Notes under the pieces: model-generated | Seen by the model: the letters and a program-made list of their open reading frames with translations, nothing else | Database searches by the model: none | Told to the model about the DNA's origin: nothing | In this document: positions 1-9,256 of the stretch, one piece after another | How positions within the stretch are numbered: the stretch's first letter is position 1 | Layout: each line of letters opens with the position of its first letter | Made by a program: the position numbers and the translations under genes | Source of the DNA: Chloroflexota bacterium | GTDB lineage: Bacteria; Chloroflexota; JAJPGV01 | DNA: 64,000 bases | Assembly: GCA_021325635.1 (NCBI GenBank) | Contig: JAJPGV010000039.1 | Location: 23,668 to 87,667 of the forward strand | Direction: 5' to 3'

Positions 1-1
1 T

Positions 2-2203
2 CAGCACAGGCTTCCCCTGTACACCGGCGCCCCGCTGACCATCGGTGCCCGGCAACCGCCGCTTCTGGCACTCATCCTGGCCATCCCATCAGGCGTTTCT
101 CACAACCCTGCTCTCTTTGCCGCCTTGCAGGCGTCGCTCGATGCGATAGGGGCTGGGTTCATCTTCCTCCTGGCGTTGGAATTCCGCGGCGCCATGGCTG
201 CTGCGGCATCGGCAGGTTTACTCTACGCGACTGCGCCAGCAGCTATTGTGTACAGCCGCAAACTGTGGAATCCGGATTTCGTGCCCTGCTTGTGCGCTGT
301 GGGACTCTGGGGCACAGCTCGGTTCCTGCGGCGTGGCGAGTCGAGAGCCTTGGCCGTCGCGGCCTTGGCCTTTGCCGTGGCCGCGGAGCTCCACCCAACC
401 TCAGCCGTGCTGTTACTTACAGTCGTCATCGCAGCGGTCCTTCGTTGGCGAGACGTACGCTGGCGCCCGCTGGCCAGCGCTGCGGTCATTGTCGGCCTCA
501 CGCTCGCGCCATACGTCTATCTTCAAACCCAATCTGGCTGGAGCGACGTCTTGGCGGTGCTGCACACTTCCGGAACGCCCCGGCAATTCAATATCGAAGC
601 CGTGCCGACAGCGCTCCTTCTGATCGGTGGACGATTCCAGGACATAGTCGAAGCGGAATTTCAGCTCTACAACCTGCAACCTCTGGGCTCGCTCATCGGC
701 CAGGGCTCATTTGGGACAAGCGGCGCAGCTATTAACGTCGCTCAGGAGCCGCTGCTGTGGCTCGTCCTAGCGTTGACGCTGCTTGGGATAGGCCTGGCAG
801 TGATGAAGGTGCGCAGCGGCTGGCTGCTTCCACTCGTTCTCGCGCTGCCCATTGCTGGCGTGATTGCCTCCGGACAGTTCGTGCAACCGCACTACCTGCT
901 CGCCTTGCTGCCCCCGGCGATGGCGCTGGCAGGCATAGGACTAGCTGCCGTTCGACCTCGTGCCCTAGGACTCAGCCTGCTGACCATAGTTATCGTCTGG
1001 CGCTTGGTGGACTACGCGGCCTTCCAGGCCAACGTTGCACAGGTCAAAGTACCGGGCACGTACGGCATCCCGATGCGCTACTCGATTCAGGCAGCTGACC
1101 TCGCCACACACATGGAGCCCACTGGGCCCCTGCTGATCGCCCGCACCGAGCCAAACAGCGCCATCTTCCGCTACCTCAGTGGCGGTCACATCCCTGTTCA
1201 AGCCTTCAACAGCCAGGCCGCGCTGGTGATTCCTCCTGGGGGAGGCGTGTACGTTGCGCAGGGCAGCGGCAGGGCCCAGGAGGCCCTTACCTCCCTGTAT
1301 GGCCCACCCACGGCGTCCGTCAGCGATCCTTCTGGCGCTGTGGTTTACGCGGTGTACCATCTTTCGTCCGACGATTCCCTGCGGCTAGCACGTTCTTCAG
1401 CTCTCCAGCCCCTACACGCTGACGTGGGCAACGCCGTGCAGTTCACGGGCTATAGAGCAGAGGGTTTCGTGGCGGGAAGGCCTTCCACAGCCATTTTGGC
1501 TTGGCGCGTCCTGGCAAATCCGTCTCCGGCTCAACCCGGTGTGCGCATGTTTGCACATCTGCTCGATCGATCGGGCAGCGTCGTTTCCACTGACCCGGAC
1601 GTGGAGGCTTTCCCACGACAAAGTTGGCAAGCTGGCGACACAGTTCTTTCGTGGTTCGATCTGAATCCGCCCATGCAGATTCCGACCGGAGGCTATTGGC
1701 TGGAGACGGGCTTTTACGAAGCATCGTCGGGTCAGCGGCTCACCTTGCGCGACGGCGATCGTGAGATGGGATCGGCCCTCCGCATGGGACCATTCCGCCT
1801 AACCGGTGGGACAACTCCGCCGCCACTCCCAACCGCGATATTCGGTAGCGACGAAATTGCCCTCGCGGGGATCCGTACCAACGGCCCGCAAGTAATCCTC
1901 ACCTGGACCGCGCTGGGCAATCCTCGCTCCGGCTACACCGTCTTCGTCCATGCGTTGGATGATCACGGTCAGGTAGTGGGACAGCATGACGGTCCACCGG
2001 TTGATGGCAGCTTTCCGACAGATCTTTGGCAAAAGGGAGACGTGGTCGAGGACACCCATATCCTTACCGGGACGATCAGTTCCGCCACCCAACTGGAGAT
2101 CGGTCTCTATACGCCCGGCGATCTGCGCCGGCTGCCCGCCAAGGATACGGCTGGCGCGTCCATGGGAGACCGGTGGTTGGTTCCTCTCCCCCTTAGCCAC
2201 TAG
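2..2203 (+). CDS. GT-C fold (PMT/ArnT-like, GT39/83) membrane glycosyltransferase with extracellular C-terminal domains; 5'-partial
   Basis: The frame is open from the window edge (QHRLPLYTGAPLTIGARQPP...). It has many TM segments, a 'YSRKLWNP' motif and two C-terminal repeats of the 'F(A/V)H(L/A)LD..G..V...D....P...WQ.GD.V' type. Confidence 0.75.
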   Translation, partial: QHRLPLYTGAPLTIGARQPPLLALILAIPSGVSHNPALFAALQASLDAIGAGFIFLLALEFRGAMAAAASAGLLYATAPAAIVYSRKLWNPDFVPCLCAVGLWGTARFLRRGESRALAVAALAFAVAAELHPTSAVLLLTVVIAAVLRWRDVRWRPLASAAVIVGLTLAPYVYLQTQSGWSDVLAVLHTSGTPRQFNIEAVPTALLLIGGRFQDIVEAEFQLYNLQPLGSLIGQGSFGTSGAAINVAQEPLLWLVLALTLLGIGLAVMKVRSGWLLPLVLALPIAGVIASGQFVQPHYLLALLPPAMALAGIGLAAVRPRALGLSLLTIVIVWRLVDYAAFQANVAQVKVPGTYGIPMRYSIQAADLATHMEPTGPLLIARTEPNSAIFRYLSGGHIPVQAFNSQAALVIPPGGGVYVAQGSGRAQEALTSLYGPPTASVSDPSGAVVYAVYHLSSDDSLRLARSSALQPLHADVGNAVQFTGYRAEGFVAGRPSTAILAWRVLANPSPAQPGVRMFAHLLDRSGSVVSTDPDVEAFPRQSWQAGDTVLSWFDLNPPMQIPTGGYWLETGFYEASSGQRLTLRDGDREMGSALRMGPFRLTGGTTPPPLPTAIFGSDEIALAGIRTNGPQVILTWTALGNPRSGYTVFVHALDDHGQVVGQHDGPPVDGSFPTDLWQKGDVVEDTHILTGTISSATQLEIGLYTPGDLRRLPAKDTAGASMGDRWLVPLPLSH

Positions 2204-2369
2204 CGCTCGGCCCGGGCTCCAGCCAACCCAGGGCCCGTTGGCTCAACTGTCACGTCGCATGCCTCGCCAGGGCCCAGCTCAACGTGACACACACCTGCAA
2301 GTTGGATCCCCCACATAAACGCCCGTCAACCGAATGCCCCCATGAAGCGCCAACGAATCGCGCTCGCGC

Positions 2370-2672
2370 CTAAAGAAGCTTCCCCGTTCCCCGGCTTTCT
2401 ACGGCTTGCAACCAGCGCTTGGCAGCTACCAGGCAGTCCTGGCAGATGTACGTGGTGCTGCTCTCGGGACCGGCGCAAACCTGGCGACCGGGGCGGGCGG
2501 CCCGCAGACAGAAGGAGCATTGCGCGCCGTCCACCGCCTGCGCCTCCTCCGATAGACGATCGACACAGGCGTCGCAGATGCGGGCCGCACCCGGATCGCG
2601 CCGGCCGTACTGCCGATCCAGGGGCTTGTCGTTACGGCAGAAGCCGCAGCGGGCGACATCCGATGGTGTCAT
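2370..2672 (-). CDS. Small protein (~100 aa) with two tandem ClpX-type C4 zinc-finger motifs
   Basis: ATG at 2672 (MTPSDVAR). Motifs CGFC...ICDAC and CSFC...ICQDC match the ClpX zinc-binding pattern. Confidence 0.65.
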   Translation of the reverse strand: MTPSDVARCGFCRNDKPLDRQYGRRDPGAARICDACVDRLSEEAQAVDGAQCSFCLRAARPGRQVCAGPESSTTYICQDCLVAAKRWLQAVESRGTGKLL

Positions 2673-2956
2673 GCTCGGCCGAGTCGCAACTTCGAGGCCC
2701 ACGAGAACGTACCGGCGTGCAGCGGGCATTTCCGAGCCATGGCCCGGCAGGCAACACTTCATCGCCCGCTCACATCGCAAAAGCATGCGCACTCCGTTGC
2801 ATCGGGCCCGTACGACGTGAGTACGAGTCGCCTGCCTCAGCCGCTCGCGGCCCACCCGCGGGCACGAAACCTGCTTCCGTGGAGGCCCATGCAGCGCGCG
2901 GCCCGCCACCACATCGACGTGCTGCTGCCGGCCGTGCTCCGAGAACTCGTCGTCGC

Positions 2957-4207
2957 ATGACCGCGGACCGGCCCAGGGTAGCCATTGTCGGCGCGGGCTT
3001 CGGGGGACTTCGCGTGGCTAAGGCGTTGGGCGGAAAGCCCATCGACGTCACGCTCGTCGACCAGCATAACTACCATCTCTTCCAGCCGCTGCTGTACCAG
3101 GTAGCCACCGCCGGGCTCGAGCCGGGCGAGATCGCTTACCCCGTGCGGCGTATCGTCCACGCTTACCCCAACGTCGAGTTCCGCCTGGCCCGAGTCGACC
3201 GCCTGGATCTGACCGCGAGCTGCCTGTACGCCTCAGGTCACCGGATTGGCTACGACTACCTGGTGCTGGCGGCCGGCAGTGACGCCAACTTCTTCGGCAT
3301 GGAGGATCTGGCCGCCCACAGCTGCCCCCTCAAGAGCCTGCGCGGCGCGGTCCGGCTGCGCAACCACGTCCTCAGCTGCTTCGAGCGCGCCGCGGCGGAG
3401 GAGGATCCGGGCGAACGCTCGGCGCTTCTGACCTTCGTGGTCGGGGGAGGCGGGCCCACGGGCGTGGAGTTCGCCGGCGCGCTGTCCGAGCTGGTCGCGA
3501 TCGTTCTTCGGCGGGACTATCGCACCATTTCTCGACATGAGGTCCGCATCTACATCGTGGAGGCTGAGTCGGAGCTGCTGAGCATGGTCCATCCTCATCT
3601 GCGCCGCGCCGCGATGCGTCAGCTGAACGCGCGCGGGATTCGAGTCCGGCTCAGCGCCCAGGTACGAGGTTATGACGGGCGGATGGTGGTGCTATCGAAC
3701 GCGAAGCAGATCCCGGCGGCGACCTTGGTCTGGGCGGCCGGCGTGCGCGCAGCCAACGTCGCGGCGGCGGCCGGCGTGGGCCAGTCCAAGAGCGGCGGCC
3801 GGATCTTGGTGGTGCCCTCGCTGCAGCTCCCCGAGCATCCGCAAGTGTTCGCGATCGGCGACATAGCCTACCTCGAAGACCGGCGCGGCAGGCCGCTCCC
3901 CCAGCTGGCGCCGGTCGCCATCCAGCAGGGGGAGCTGGTGGCTGAGAACATCCTGCGGCTCATCGCAGGTCAACCTCCGAAGGCGTTTCATTATGTCGAT
4001 AGGGGCACGCTGGCGACCATTGGGCGGCACGCTGCCGTGGCCGAGATCGGCCCCGTGCGGCTATCCGGACCCATTGCCTGGTTCCTGTGGCTGGTGGTGC
4101 ATCTGGTGCAGCTCATCGGCTTTCGCAACCGCGTGGCCGTGCTGCTCGACTGGACCTGGAGCTACTTCCGTTACGAGCGGGCGATCAGGCTGATCACGGA
4201 CGAGTAG
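2957..4207 (+). CDS. ndh: Type II NADH dehydrogenase (NDH-2) family FAD-dependent oxidoreductase
   Basis: VAIVGAGFGG, FQPLLYQVAT, GGGPTGVEFAG, FAIGD, AIQQG. The true start is MTADRP at 2957, inside the longer called ORF. Confidence 0.92.
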   Translation: MTADRPRVAIVGAGFGGLRVAKALGGKPIDVTLVDQHNYHLFQPLLYQVATAGLEPGEIAYPVRRIVHAYPNVEFRLARVDRLDLTASCLYASGHRIGYDYLVLAAGSDANFFGMEDLAAHSCPLKSLRGAVRLRNHVLSCFERAAAEEDPGERSALLTFVVGGGGPTGVEFAGALSELVAIVLRRDYRTISRHEVRIYIVEAESELLSMVHPHLRRAAMRQLNARGIRVRLSAQVRGYDGRMVVLSNAKQIPAATLVWAAGVRAANVAAAAGVGQSKSGGRILVVPSLQLPEHPQVFAIGDIAYLEDRRGRPLPQLAPVAIQQGELVAENILRLIAGQPPKAFHYVDRGTLATIGRHAAVAEIGPVRLSGPIAWFLWLVVHLVQLIGFRNRVAVLLDWTWSYFRYERAIRLITDE

Positions 4208-4258
4208 CCAGGAGCTCGTTCCGGGCCAAGCGGCCTCGATTGTGCTGGGCTCTCATGG

Positions 4259-5434
4259 GTGAAAGCCCGATTCGCCGCTCGGTCGGGCGTCGAATCGCGC
4301 GAGTCATCCTCGGTCCATCTGCACGAGATCGATGTCTTGCGTGCGCTGGCGCTGGCGGCAGTCGTGATCATCCATGCCGGAGCCTGGCTAACCGTTCCCG
4401 GCGCCCCACCCAATGCTGGAGCGATAGCCGCCCTGGTCGCCGTCGCGCGCTTCTCGGTACCCGCGTTCGTGTTCGTCAGCGGCTTCACCCTGATGCACCA
4501 GTACAGCGGACGCGACCTCTCCTGTAGTTTCTTCCTGGCCAAGCGTTTCCGCCGTATCGCCTTACCATGGCTGGCCGGCGTAGCAGTCTTCGGGATGGTG
4601 GCCAGGTGGCAAGGCGTGATCGCGACCTCTTCGTCCCTGATCGATTGGCTGGCCTCCGGCCCGGGGCACCTCTACTTCCTGGTGCTGCTGGCCCAGCTCT
4701 ACCTCATCTTCCCGCTGCTGCCGCGCCGTTCGGGCAGTCTGGCAATGGTCGCCTTGGCCGCACTGGCGCTCCAGCTCAGCTGCGGCTGGGCGCTGACGTA
4801 TCTGACTCCACCACCCGGCGCGCCGGCCTGGTTTGCCCAGTACATGGCGCCCGAAACCTTCGTGCTGTGGATAGGCTACTTCGTGCTCGGTGCGTTGGCC
4901 GGCCTCAGCTCCGTCCGCATCCTCAGACTGAGCCAGCTGTGGCCGCTCGCGCTTGCTGCCGCGCTGGGCATGAGCGCGCTGCTGCTGTGGGAAGGGACGA
5001 TGGTCCGGCCGGACGACACGCATCAAGGCATGTATGGGTTCTTCTGGCTCTCGCGCCTGCCCATGACCGTGACCTGGATCCTCCTCATCGCCTGGCTGGC
5101 CCACCAGCTTGTCCAGCGGATACCCGCCATCCTTGCCGTTACCCGGTCCCTCAGCCAGCACGGCCTTGGCATCTACGTCTTCCATCAGATCGTGCTCGTC
5201 TTCATTGGCCCGCCGACAAACTTCCTGCCAACCGCTCCCCGCTTTCTTCTCCTGTGGGGCGCCACCATCGTCACCACGACGTTAGGTGTCGAGCTCGCCA
5301 CCAAGACGCGCTTCGGCCGGCTTCTGGTCGGTGAGGAGGCCCAACCAACACGAGCCGCCGCTCAGCGCAGACCTGCCCGCCGGCACGTGCCCATCATCCG
5401 TCACGGGACACCCGCGTCCCACGCTCCCAGCTAA
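4259..5434 (+). CDS. Acyltransferase-3 family membrane O-acyltransferase
   Basis: IDVLRALA...VVIIH, RFSVPAFVFVSGF, HLYFL and GIYVFH motifs; about 10 TM segments. Confidence 0.85.
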   Translation: MKARFAARSGVESRESSSVHLHEIDVLRALALAAVVIIHAGAWLTVPGAPPNAGAIAALVAVARFSVPAFVFVSGFTLMHQYSGRDLSCSFFLAKRFRRIALPWLAGVAVFGMVARWQGVIATSSSLIDWLASGPGHLYFLVLLAQLYLIFPLLPRRSGSLAMVALAALALQLSCGWALTYLTPPPGAPAWFAQYMAPETFVLWIGYFVLGALAGLSSVRILRLSQLWPLALAAALGMSALLLWEGTMVRPDDTHQGMYGFFWLSRLPMTVTWILLIAWLAHQLVQRIPAILAVTRSLSQHGLGIYVFHQIVLVFIGPPTNFLPTAPRFLLLWGATIVTTTLGVELATKTRFGRLLVGEEAQPTRAAAQRRPARRHVPIIRHGTPASHAPS

Positions 5435-6843
5435 CGCGCTGCCGGATGGGAGGGGACCGCAACGTCGGCAGATCGCTGTTCGGGTTCGAGCATCATCGTC
5501 TTCAGTCTCGCCTCCGCCGAGCGCTGCCACACGGCGGCTTCGTTGGGCCGGAGCTGCTGAGCCCTCGCGGCGGGGAGCACGTGGCCGGCAATTCGCGCAA
5601 AGGCGGCGAGGCCGCCGACCGCGGCGTCACCCGCGGCCACCATCGTTGACGTGGCCTGGAGCACTTCGACCGAGACGTCGTCAACCCGTTCCGTCGCCAG
5701 CAGCACGCCGGCGAAATCGTCGAGCGCCACCAGGCTGTGCTCGGCAGGCACCAACCGTTCCGCTTCGTCCAGTGCCAACCAGTGCGGGCGGCCGGCCTTC
5801 CTACCCAGCCCCGAGAGGGCCAGCAGCAGCTCGCTGAACAGCGCCCGCTGCTCGTCCGCGTTGGCACCGCTGAGGTCCACCGTCGCGCTGCGACGCGGCT
5901 GCTCCAGAACGTGCAGCACCTCGTCCACTCCTGGCGAGTGCCCCACGTCACCCAGGTGCACGCAGCCCGCCAGGCTGCCGTGCTCACCCTCCGGGTCCAG
6001 CAGGCAGAACTGATATCCTTGCACGGCCAACCGCCCCATAAGGTCTCTCGACAGACGGGACCTGGCTTCACGGTGGCCCGCCACGAGCACCCTGCTGCCA
6101 TACGCAGGCACCCGAACGTCCTCACCGCTCGAGTCCCGTCCCAGCAGCAAGTCGTGCCGAGGAAGCTGCACGCCGGCCAGATCGTCGGCCAGCAGCCGTT
6201 CGACGAGCTCGACCACACCCGACCCGCGTGCCCCCTTGGTCACGAGGTCGGCTCGCTGCTTGAGCAGCGGCACGGCGTTGTCCACGACGGCAGCGCATTC
6301 GCAGCACGCCAGGAATGCATGGTCGTTCTCGGCGTCGCCAATGCCGGCAACCTCGTGCGTCGACAGGCCCAGCTCCTCCAATGCGTGGCACAGCCCCGTC
6401 CCCTTGTTCACGCCCGAGGGAAGCACCATCACCGCACCCTTGTTGAAGATGATCTGCATCTCCAACCCCAGGTCGTGAATCGCCTCCAAGACGAGCCCTT
6501 CGAATGGTTCCCAGGTCGCAAGGATTGCGTGGCCCTGCGACAACGGCGATACCCCACGCCGCTGCAACAGCTCAACCAGGCCCGGCGGCGGCGGATCGGC
6601 AAGCATGGTCACCGAACCATCGGCGGGCCGGTACAGCAGGGCCCCGTTTTCCAGCACCGCCCGGTCGAACAGGTCCATGCTGCCGAACGCCTTCTGCAGA
6701 TCTTCGAGCTCACGGCCGCTGACCAGGATGAGCCGCCGGCCGCTTTGGCGCAGCCGCCTCAGGGCATCGAGAGTGGCCGGCGCCACGCTTCCATCCTCGG
6801 CCAGCGTTCCGTCATAATCGCAGGCAAGCGCGCGATAGCGCAT
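5431..6843 (-). CDS. HAD-IIB (Cof-type) hydrolase with a C-terminal degenerate P-loop/HerA-like domain
   Basis: Start MRYRALACDYDGTL at 6843; NKG and GDAEND motifs; C-terminal LLDPEGE and LALDEAE. Confidence 0.85.
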   Translation of the reverse strand: MRYRALACDYDGTLAEDGSVAPATLDALRRLRQSGRRLILVSGRELEDLQKAFGSMDLFDRAVLENGALLYRPADGSVTMLADPPPPGLVELLQRRGVSPLSQGHAILATWEPFEGLVLEAIHDLGLEMQIIFNKGAVMVLPSGVNKGTGLCHALEELGLSTHEVAGIGDAENDHAFLACCECAAVVDNAVPLLKQRADLVTKGARGSGVVELVERLLADDLAGVQLPRHDLLLGRDSSGEDVRVPAYGSRVLVAGHREARSRLSRDLMGRLAVQGYQFCLLDPEGEHGSLAGCVHLGDVGHSPGVDEVLHVLEQPRRSATVDLSGANADEQRALFSELLLALSGLGRKAGRPHWLALDEAERLVPAEHSLVALDDFAGVLLATERVDDVSVEVLQATSTMVAAGDAAVGGLAAFARIAGHVLPAARAQQLRPNEAAVWQRSAEARLKTMMLEPEQRSADVAVPSHPAAR

Positions 6844-6933
6844 ACGGCGGGCGGTCGCCAGAACTGTGCCATTGGTCTGACTGGAAGACCCGGTTTCACC
6901 CGCTCCTTGCATGATTCCTGCGTCACGTGGGGC

Positions 6934-7713
6934 GTGGCAGAAGCGCGTGACTCCAAGCCGAGCGGCCAGGGCCGTCATCCGATCACACTGGCAATCGACG
7001 TCGGTGGAACGGGCGTCAAGGCCATGAGGCTCGATAACCGCGGCCGGCCAATCAGCCAGCGAAAACGGCTCAGCACCCCGCGCCCGGCGACGCCGGGGCG
7101 GATGATCGAGACCATACGCTGCCTCATTGGACGCCGCAAGGGCTTCGACCGTGTGGCCGTGGGCTTTCCCGGCTGGGTGGAGGACGGCATCGTGCGAACG
7201 GCGCCCAACCTGCACCCGAACTGGATGGGCTTCGACCTGCGCCGGAAGCTGGAGGACATCACCACCAAGCCGGTGCGGGTGATCAACGACGCCGAAGTCC
7301 AGGGGCTGGGCCACATTTCCGGAGACGGGTTGGAGATCATGATCACGCTGGGCACGGGCCTCGGCTCGGCCGTGTTCGTCGACGGCAAGCTCGTGCCGGG
7401 TCTTGAAATCGGCCAGCAGCGCGCCGCCAATGGCAAGACCTATGACGGATTGCTCAACAAGGCCGCGCTCGCCAGCATCGGGGTGCGGCGCTGGCGCAAA
7501 CGGGTGCTGCACCTGGTCCAGGAGATCGAGCCGGTGTGGAACTACCGCCGGCTGTATCTCGGCGGGGGCAACTCGCGCCACCTCAAGCAGAAAGCCCTCC
7601 CGGAGAACGTGACCGTCGTCTCCAACGACGGTGGCTTATGGGGCGGCCATGTGCTGTGGACCAAACCCGAGGCTGTCGAGTGGGACCCGCCTACGCGCGC
7701 TGGCGGCTCCTAG
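6934..7713 (+). CDS. ppgK: ROK-family polyphosphate glucokinase-like kinase
   Basis: LAIDVGGTGVKA, VGFPG, NDAEVQG, TLGTGLGSA, LYLGGGN; probable GTG start at 6934. Confidence 0.8.
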   Translation: MAEARDSKPSGQGRHPITLAIDVGGTGVKAMRLDNRGRPISQRKRLSTPRPATPGRMIETIRCLIGRRKGFDRVAVGFPGWVEDGIVRTAPNLHPNWMGFDLRRKLEDITTKPVRVINDAEVQGLGHISGDGLEIMITLGTGLGSAVFVDGKLVPGLEIGQQRAANGKTYDGLLNKAALASIGVRRWRKRVLHLVQEIEPVWNYRRLYLGGGNSRHLKQKALPENVTVVSNDGGLWGGHVLWTKPEAVEWDPPTRAGGS

Positions 7714-7838
7714 CCGTTCCGGATTCAACCGGCACGGCCGCCACGCCTGCCCGGTGGCGATCGTTCCCCATACCTCGACGCTCGGGCGCGGACGCATTCG
7801 AGCGGGCCAGGGGGGTCGGCGGCCGGGTATCGGTCCGG

Positions 7839-8771
7839 CTAGTTCCCCACGGACAAGCCGCGGCCAAGCTCGACTGCCCGCCGGAAGACGTAGGCCGCCA
7901 GAGCAACGTCGGTGAAGCCGCCCTGTGCTTCGCGGAAGACCATACGGCCGGCGCGCACCGGAGCCACCCGACCGGTCACCACTTCGCCGAGCTCCACGAC
8001 CTTGCCGGCAGGCAGCGCACCGCCAGCCATGAGCCGGCCCAACGTGCCCTGCGAATGCGCGCCCAGCTCAGACTCCTCCTGCTTCCGCGAGGTGGTGACC
8101 ACCAGGTCCGCCGCGTCGAACACCCCTTCGTCGACTTCCGAGCGGGCGCCCATGGCTACTACCAGGGCAGGACGAGCCAACCACGCAGACTGGAGGACTG
8201 GCGCCGGCGAGTTGGTGGCGGTCAAGATCAGGCCGGCGTCTTCGGCCGCGGCCTCGGGACTGCCGGTGGCCGTTACCGGCACACCAAGCGCGACCGCTGC
8301 CCGTTCGGCGAAGCTTCGCCGATGCTCTTCGTTGGGGCTGAACAGCCGCACTTCCTCAGGAGGACATACCGTGCAAACGCTCTGCAGGGCGATCATGCCC
8401 AGGCGCCCACTCCCGAACATGCCCAAGCGGCGGACGCGGCTCGGCCCAAGCTGGCGGACACCCAACCCGACCGACGCGGCCAGGCGCAGGGCCGAAAACG
8501 GATACTCCATCACGCTTGCCAGCCGGCCACTGGGAGATTCGAACAGGCAAGCCACACTGGTCGCCTCACAGGTCATGCGCAGGCCCAGGTAGCCCTGCCC
8601 CGTGAGGCCGCCGGAGCGCACGCGCAGCGTCGGCCCCGCGCCCTGGAGCGCCAGCGGCTGCCAGGCGGTCACCTCTCCCTGCGCCTGGTGTGCGAAGGTC
8701 TCTTGCAGGCACGACATAGCCTGCTCGAGGTCGAGCAGATCCTCGACCTCGGCTCGTGACAGGATCAGCAC
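7839..8771 (-). CDS. Ornithine cyclodeaminase/mu-crystallin family protein
   Basis: MLILSRAEVEDLL, FSALRLAA, GMFGSGRLG, ILTATNS..PVL. Confidence 0.8.
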   Translation of the reverse strand: MLILSRAEVEDLLDLEQAMSCLQETFAHQAQGEVTAWQPLALQGAGPTLRVRSGGLTGQGYLGLRMTCEATSVACLFESPSGRLASVMEYPFSALRLAASVGLGVRQLGPSRVRRLGMFGSGRLGMIALQSVCTVCPPEEVRLFSPNEEHRRSFAERAAVALGVPVTATGSPEAAAEDAGLILTATNSPAPVLQSAWLARPALVVAMGARSEVDEGVFDAADLVVTTSRKQEESELGAHSQGTLGRLMAGGALPAGKVVELGEVVTGRVAPVRAGRMVFREAQGGFTDVALAAYVFRRAVELGRGLSVGN

Positions 8772-8796
8772 TTAGGAGAGCGCCGGGATTCGGACG

Positions 8797-9198
8797 TCAA
8801 TCCGCCAGCTCGAGGTTGTTGCCGTCCGGGTCGTGGAAGTACAGCGTTCGATGGGTGGTGCCCGGCCAGGTGATCGGGCCGCGGCGAAAAATTCCCATCT
8901 CCTGGAACTTCTCCATGGCCAGGTCGAACTCTTCGGGCGTCACGACGAAGGCATGGTGGGTGTAGCCATCCTCGGCGACCGCGTCTCGCTCGATAGGCGC
9001 CGGCCGCTTGAACAGGACGACCTGCTGTCCCGGGGCAGCTTCCTGCCCGCAGTACAGACGCACCGGTGAGTTGGGGCCGTAGTCGTAGTCGTTCGACTCC
9101 TTGAGACCAAGCACGTTCATATAGAAATCTTTGGCGCGCTCCAGGTCATTCACCGGAATCCCAGTGTGCAGGAACGTATGGACGTTGACTAGCGACAT
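8797..9198 (-). CDS. VOC (glyoxalase/bleomycin resistance) family protein
   Basis: HTGIPVNDLERAKDFY, HHAF, YFHDPDGNNLEL. Confidence 0.9.
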   Translation of the reverse strand: MSLVNVHTFLHTGIPVNDLERAKDFYMNVLGLKESNDYDYGPNSPVRLYCGQEAAPGQQVVLFKRPAPIERDAVAEDGYTHHAFVVTPEEFDLAMEKFQEMGIFRRGPITWPGTTHRTLYFHDPDGNNLELAD

Positions 9199-9256
9199 GA
9201 CAATCTCCTCGCGCGTCCGCCGCCGGACGCCGGAATGGGCATCTGCACCGGGACTA

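Noticed and set aside
2342-2956. Apparent 205-aa N-terminal extension of NDH-2
   Set aside because: Low-complexity Arg/Pro sequence overlapping the zinc-finger gene; homology begins at ATG 2957.
5737-7581. Long mutual overlap of the HAD and ROK ORFs
   Set aside because: An artefact of longest-ORF calling. The real starts at 6843 (-) and about 6934 (+) are divergent and do not overlap.
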